From NCBI GenBank assembly GCA_964016885.1, contig OZ024742.1:201066001-201130000 (forward strand): DNA of 64,000 nucleotides, given 5' to 3'. Positions 59,578-64,000 of this stretch are shown in pieces. The stretch's first letter is position 1. Each line of letters begins with the position of its first letter. The notes below the pieces were generated by a model. That model was given only the letters and a program-made list of their open reading frames with translations, searched no databases and had not been told where the DNA came from. This DNA comes from Eledone cirrhosa. Lineage: Eukaryota. Position numbers and translations under genes: made by a program.

Positions 59578-60447
59578 TATGTACACGTACATACATATAT
59601 GTATACAGACGTATAGTAGTATGTATATATATATACACACATGCACACATATATATATGTACGTATGGATTCACCGAACATTTATTATAATGCTCGGTGT
59701 ATTTGTAAACAAACATCCCGTATTAAGCCGTAGTGTCCAGCAACCATCGTTGCTCCTTTGTTCAACACTGACAAAGGAACGCTGTGCTAGTTTCAAGCTT
59801 ATTAGCTATCGTCAGCAACGTATACCTTCCTGCTAGATTGTTGAACGTATATACTTACCTTATGCATATTAACGGCTGAGTAGCCCAATTTGCATATCGA
59901 GTGGGTTAATCGGCCGGGTGCACCGAAAATGATAAACGGAAAAAATGAAACGAAATTTCATTTCCCACTCTTAGTACGGCTGTTACTTAAATATAAGTAT
60001 GTACACGTACATACATATATGTATACAGACGTACAGTAGTATGTATATATATATATACATACATGCACACACATATATATATGTACGTATGGATTCACCG
60101 AACATTTATTATAATGCTCGGAGTGTTTGTAAACAAACATCCCGTATTAAGCCGTAGTGTCCAGCATCCATCGTTGCTCGTTTGTTCAACACTGACAAAG
60201 GAACGCTGTACAAGTTTCAAGCTTATTATCTATCGTCAGCAACGTATACCTTCCTGCCAGATTGTTGAACGTATATACTTACCTTATGCATGTTAACATA
60301 TATATGTATGTGCATGTATGTATATATATATATATACATACTACTGTACGTCTGTATGCATATATGTATGTACGTGTACATACTTATATTTAAGTAACAG
60401 CCGTACTAAGAGTGGGAAATGAAATTTCGTTTAATTTTTTCCGTTTA
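59571..60447 (-). mobile_element. Related HHR-containing unit of about 420 bp: 1.7 tandem copies plus inverted segment
   Basis: atataagtatgtacacg recurs at 59571 and 59991. 60298-60447 is an inverted copy of about 59934-60080. Shares gtgtccagc, ccaatttgcata and the gaaacgaaatt..tttc hairpin with the 54.3-kb unit. Confidence 0.85.
59780..59820 (-). ncRNA. Minimal hammerhead motif, cleavage triplet mutated (second copy at 60204-60244 retains GUA)
   Basis: cgttg-CTGACGA-tagct(aata)agctt-GAAA-ctag-CA-cagcg; the other copy reads GAAA-cttg-TA-cagcg. Confidence 0.65.
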
Positions 60448-60778
60448 TATATATATATATATATATATGTAGATAAATCTACCAAGAGTTTACGGTAGTG
60501 TCCAATCCGTATGAAGAACTCAATGTATTCCGGATATCATGGAAAGAAGAGATGTAATGAAAAATCACTTTCGGTGAAAGTCTGAAGACGGCGTATATAT
60601 GTGTTGGTATGTATATTTAATCTTGATAGTTTGTATAATTTTGTATAATTTTGTACATAGATCTGTTGAATATGCATGCCAATTCTAACACATATATATC
60701 CTAGAAACGATCGTTAAATAATGAACTTTTTTTGTTTAATATAAGGAACAGTCTCATTGTTTATTCATTATTTGTTTA

Positions 60779-60827
<49 letters not shown>

Positions 60828-60876
60828 GTGGTAACACATCAGTTAGTTCACCGTACTGAGAACAATTGTATATATA

Positions 60877-60920
<44 letters not shown>

Positions 60921-60928
60921 TATATATG

Positions 60929-60979
60929 GGCTTCCTGATGATTTCTCCCGAATGAAACAGTTCTAGTCCTGTAGAAGCC
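60929..60979 (+). ncRNA. Type I hammerhead ribozyme (relative of the 40749 motif)
   Basis: ggcttc-CTGATGA-tttc(tccc)gaat-GAAA-cag(ttctagtc)ctg-TA-gaagcc, with compensatory changes in stem I. Confidence 0.85.
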
Positions 60980-61083
60980 ATTTCTATATTAAATATTTAT
61001 ACTCTGCTATGTATTGAGTACCTTCATTATTGTGGTTACCCCCGATTGAACCCGGGACAAACTTATATATATATATATATATG

Positions 61084-61206
<123 letters not shown>

Positions 61207-61377
61207 GTGTATGTATATATATATATATACATATATATAATATACATGTATATTTAAGCACACACAAGCATATATATATATGGCTGACTTAATGCATGCG
61301 TACTTTTTTCAAAAGCAATTTTCTTTCCCTTCCGCCACTCACTCTCCATCTGTCTATTTCATTTTTTATATCCCATT

Positions 61378-61420
61378 TTATCTTCTGATGATGGACTAGT
61401 GTCTGAAACGTAAAAATAAT
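61378..61420 (+). ncRNA. Minimal hammerhead-like motif
   Basis: CTGATGA-tggac(tagt)gtct-GAAA-cg-TA; stem I weak. Confidence 0.4.
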
Positions 61421-61507
61421 TGTCCTGCTATACCAAGCATTAAATTAATATATTGCTTCACTCTACTGTTTTGATTGCTTTGTTTTTTCCGTTTATATGA
61501 TTTTTGC

Positions 61508-61584
<77 letters not shown>

Positions 61585-61795
61585 TGTAATAAACAACATA
61601 AGATAATTATTTCATTTACCAGTGGTTTCTTGAAGGCCGATATTTATATCTGTCTTCAGTCGTCAGAATGAATAAAAAAAATTTATTTAATGAAATAATT
61701 ATCTTATGTTGTTTATTATATAACTACATAGAGCACTACATAGCCTACATAGAGCACTCTCTTTTCCTGTACCTTTCCTACAGAAATATTTCATT

Positions 61796-61829
<34 letters not shown>

Positions 61830-62719
61830 TTGAGATGCATGAGCATACTTAAAAGAAGATGAAAAGAAACCACATAGCGTTTGTTAAATAAGTCACTAAT
61901 GATACTTTCTCGACTTGATGGGAAAGAAAAAAAAACGTTACGATTCCGAAGACAGACGGCTTAGAAACCATTTCTTGACAGTAGTTCTATCGTTTATATG
62001 CCAATTTATCAGAACGTACAAGTGCCACTTCATACAGCTATATTCAGAATGTTCGTAGATACAACAGTCTACCACAGTAAACATATAATATGCTACTAAT
62101 ATCACGTAATTACTACCTTTCTAGTAATATTGAAAACGTAAATAAAGATTTCAGTAAAATGAAATAATAGGTACCAGTTTAGTCATTTACACTTTAACGT
62201 ACTGGGTACCTGGCTATTTACAGTTCAGTATGCGACTTTCATTTGTGGCGTTTTTGTTGATTGCACTTTTGTATAGATAGGCAGGATAGAAGCACTTCTG
62301 TCAAAAGAATAAAAATGTCAGCACAGGTATATTCATACCAGAAAATGTCACAAGACCACATCAGCTGAGGTCTCAGTAGACAAGTCAGACCACCACACAG
62401 CGTAACCGATTCCTATATACAAGTACCGTGTTTGAAAATATTTCAGTAAATGAATTTTTTCCATCCCGTAAGAATTGGTAATAATCCAATTCACGGAACT
62501 ACATCGAAAAATGCTTGTTTGCTTCAAAACAAAAAAATATATATAATAAAACAAAACATAATAATTACTTCTTTATTTGCCACAAGAAACCACAGACATT
62601 AAACTGTAAATATTATAAACACGTGAAGTAACAGGAGAAACTCAATGCTATGAAAACGAGATTAAGGTCTAGTCTAAAATCTAGTCTATAGTCTGTCTCA
62701 AGCCAGGAAACTCGTTAGG

Positions 62720-62952
62720 CCAGTGCTTATCTAGGATCCGTGGCGTGAAACCATTGAGAGTAGAAGACGCACCCCTGGACAGGACGCCAGTCCATCGTAG
62801 GGTTAAATCTCCAGCTATTGCTGGTACTCATTTTCAGCTGAGTACACTGGAGCAACGTGAAATAAAGAAAACAACACACAACCCAGCCAGGAATCGGACA
62901 CGACATTGTGATCGTGAGTCTGACACCCTTATCACTAGGCCACGTGACTCCT
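62720..62952 (-). mobile_element. Family B SINE with a different 3' module
   Basis: tggcctagtgataagggtg head, ctttatttcacgttgctccag, then accctacgatggactggcgtcctgtccagggg. Confidence 0.7.
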
Positions 62953-63461
62953 TTATTATACAAGAGACGGATTACAATTTCGCAAATCACGAAAGTTTTA
63001 AAAAGCATAATAATTAACACAAGTTATAATGCATAATATAAAAAAAAACATTCAGGGCTACCCACTGAAGGTGGGACCCATTAGTTAAGTACAGTTAGAA
63101 CACGCTATATTTAAACTCATCAGCTATGAATTACATAATTCCAAGGGTTCACCGTTCCATTCTGTTCAGCCTACACCCTTCTCCTATCCAGAAGCATTTA
63201 CTGGTGGTTTTATCAATATAGACATCTACATCTACTGGACAAAAGTACCTTATCTTATGTATTCTTATTTTGTCATTAGACATAAAAGACTTTCCCCCTG
63301 AAGTTCTCGGTTTCAATCACCCAATTCCGTGTCCATTCACATATTGCATGCGGTAACCTTCTCCACATTTATAAAATATATGACGAGAATGTATTTCTAA
63401 GAAACTTACAGTTTAATTTTTTTTAAAAAGATATTTGACATAAAACATCAACAAGATTAAT

Positions 63462-64000
63462 AATAATGGTTTCTGATATAGGCACATGGCCAGCAATTTC
63501 GGATGATGGGAAAGTCGATTAAATCGAGCGCAGTGTGTTACTGGTGCTTTATTTCATTGACCCCGTAAAAATGAAAAGCAGAGCTAACCTCGGCGGAATT
63601 TTAAATCAGAACGTAAAGAACCATAACTTTATGTCTCAAAGTTTGTTCGACGCTCTAAAGATACTGCCAAACCACCGCCTTAAAATTAATAATAATGATA
63701 ATAATTGTTTCTACTTTTGGCACAAGGCCAGCAATTACCCAGTGTATTACTGGTACTTTATTTTATCGACTCCGTAAGGATGAAAGGCAAAGTTAACCTC
63801 GGCGGGATTTGAACTCAGAATGGCAAAGGCCGTAACTCTATGCGTCAAAGCATGGCGTCCGACCCTCTACCGATATTGCCAATCCACCACCCTTGTAATA
63901 ATAATGATAATAATTGTTTCTACTTTAGGCACAAGGCCAGCAATTACCCAGTGGATTACTGGTACTTTATTTTATCGACCCCGTAAGGATGAAAGGCAAA
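63462..64000 (-). mobile_element. Three tandem family A SINEs (last one runs off the window)
   Basis: Copies at about 63462-63680, 63702-63893 and 63912-end, separated by taataataatgataataat. Confidence 0.88.

Overview
AT-rich eukaryotic DNA dense in microsatellites. The SINE families and (TA)n/(CA)n/(TACA)n load resemble an octopod cephalopod genome; this is an inference. Almost all ORFs in the supplied track are microsatellite artefacts. The only host-gene piece I can support is the last coding exon (TM4 and C-terminus) of a nicotinic acetylcholine receptor subunit on the minus strand (26127-26303); no upstream exon was recognisable. The rest is transposon-derived: about 25 copies of a tRNA-headed MetaSINE-like family, a second CORE-type SINE family, a compound Tx1/L1-clade LINE in a GATA array, several Penelope-like elements (PLEs), a non-autonomous Helitron, a MITE, and mariner, RTE, RLE-type and possible piggyBac relics. 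The most notable signal is at least 10 type I hammerhead ribozyme (HHR) motifs in several unrelated repeat families, mostly sitting in (TA)n tracts as inverted structures. These include two related non-coding, retrozyme-like HHR units of 470 bp and about 420 bp. The 470-bp unit forms a near-perfect 1.38-kb head-to-head palindrome at 54318-55696. All structures were read by eye and coordinates of degenerate repeats are approximate.
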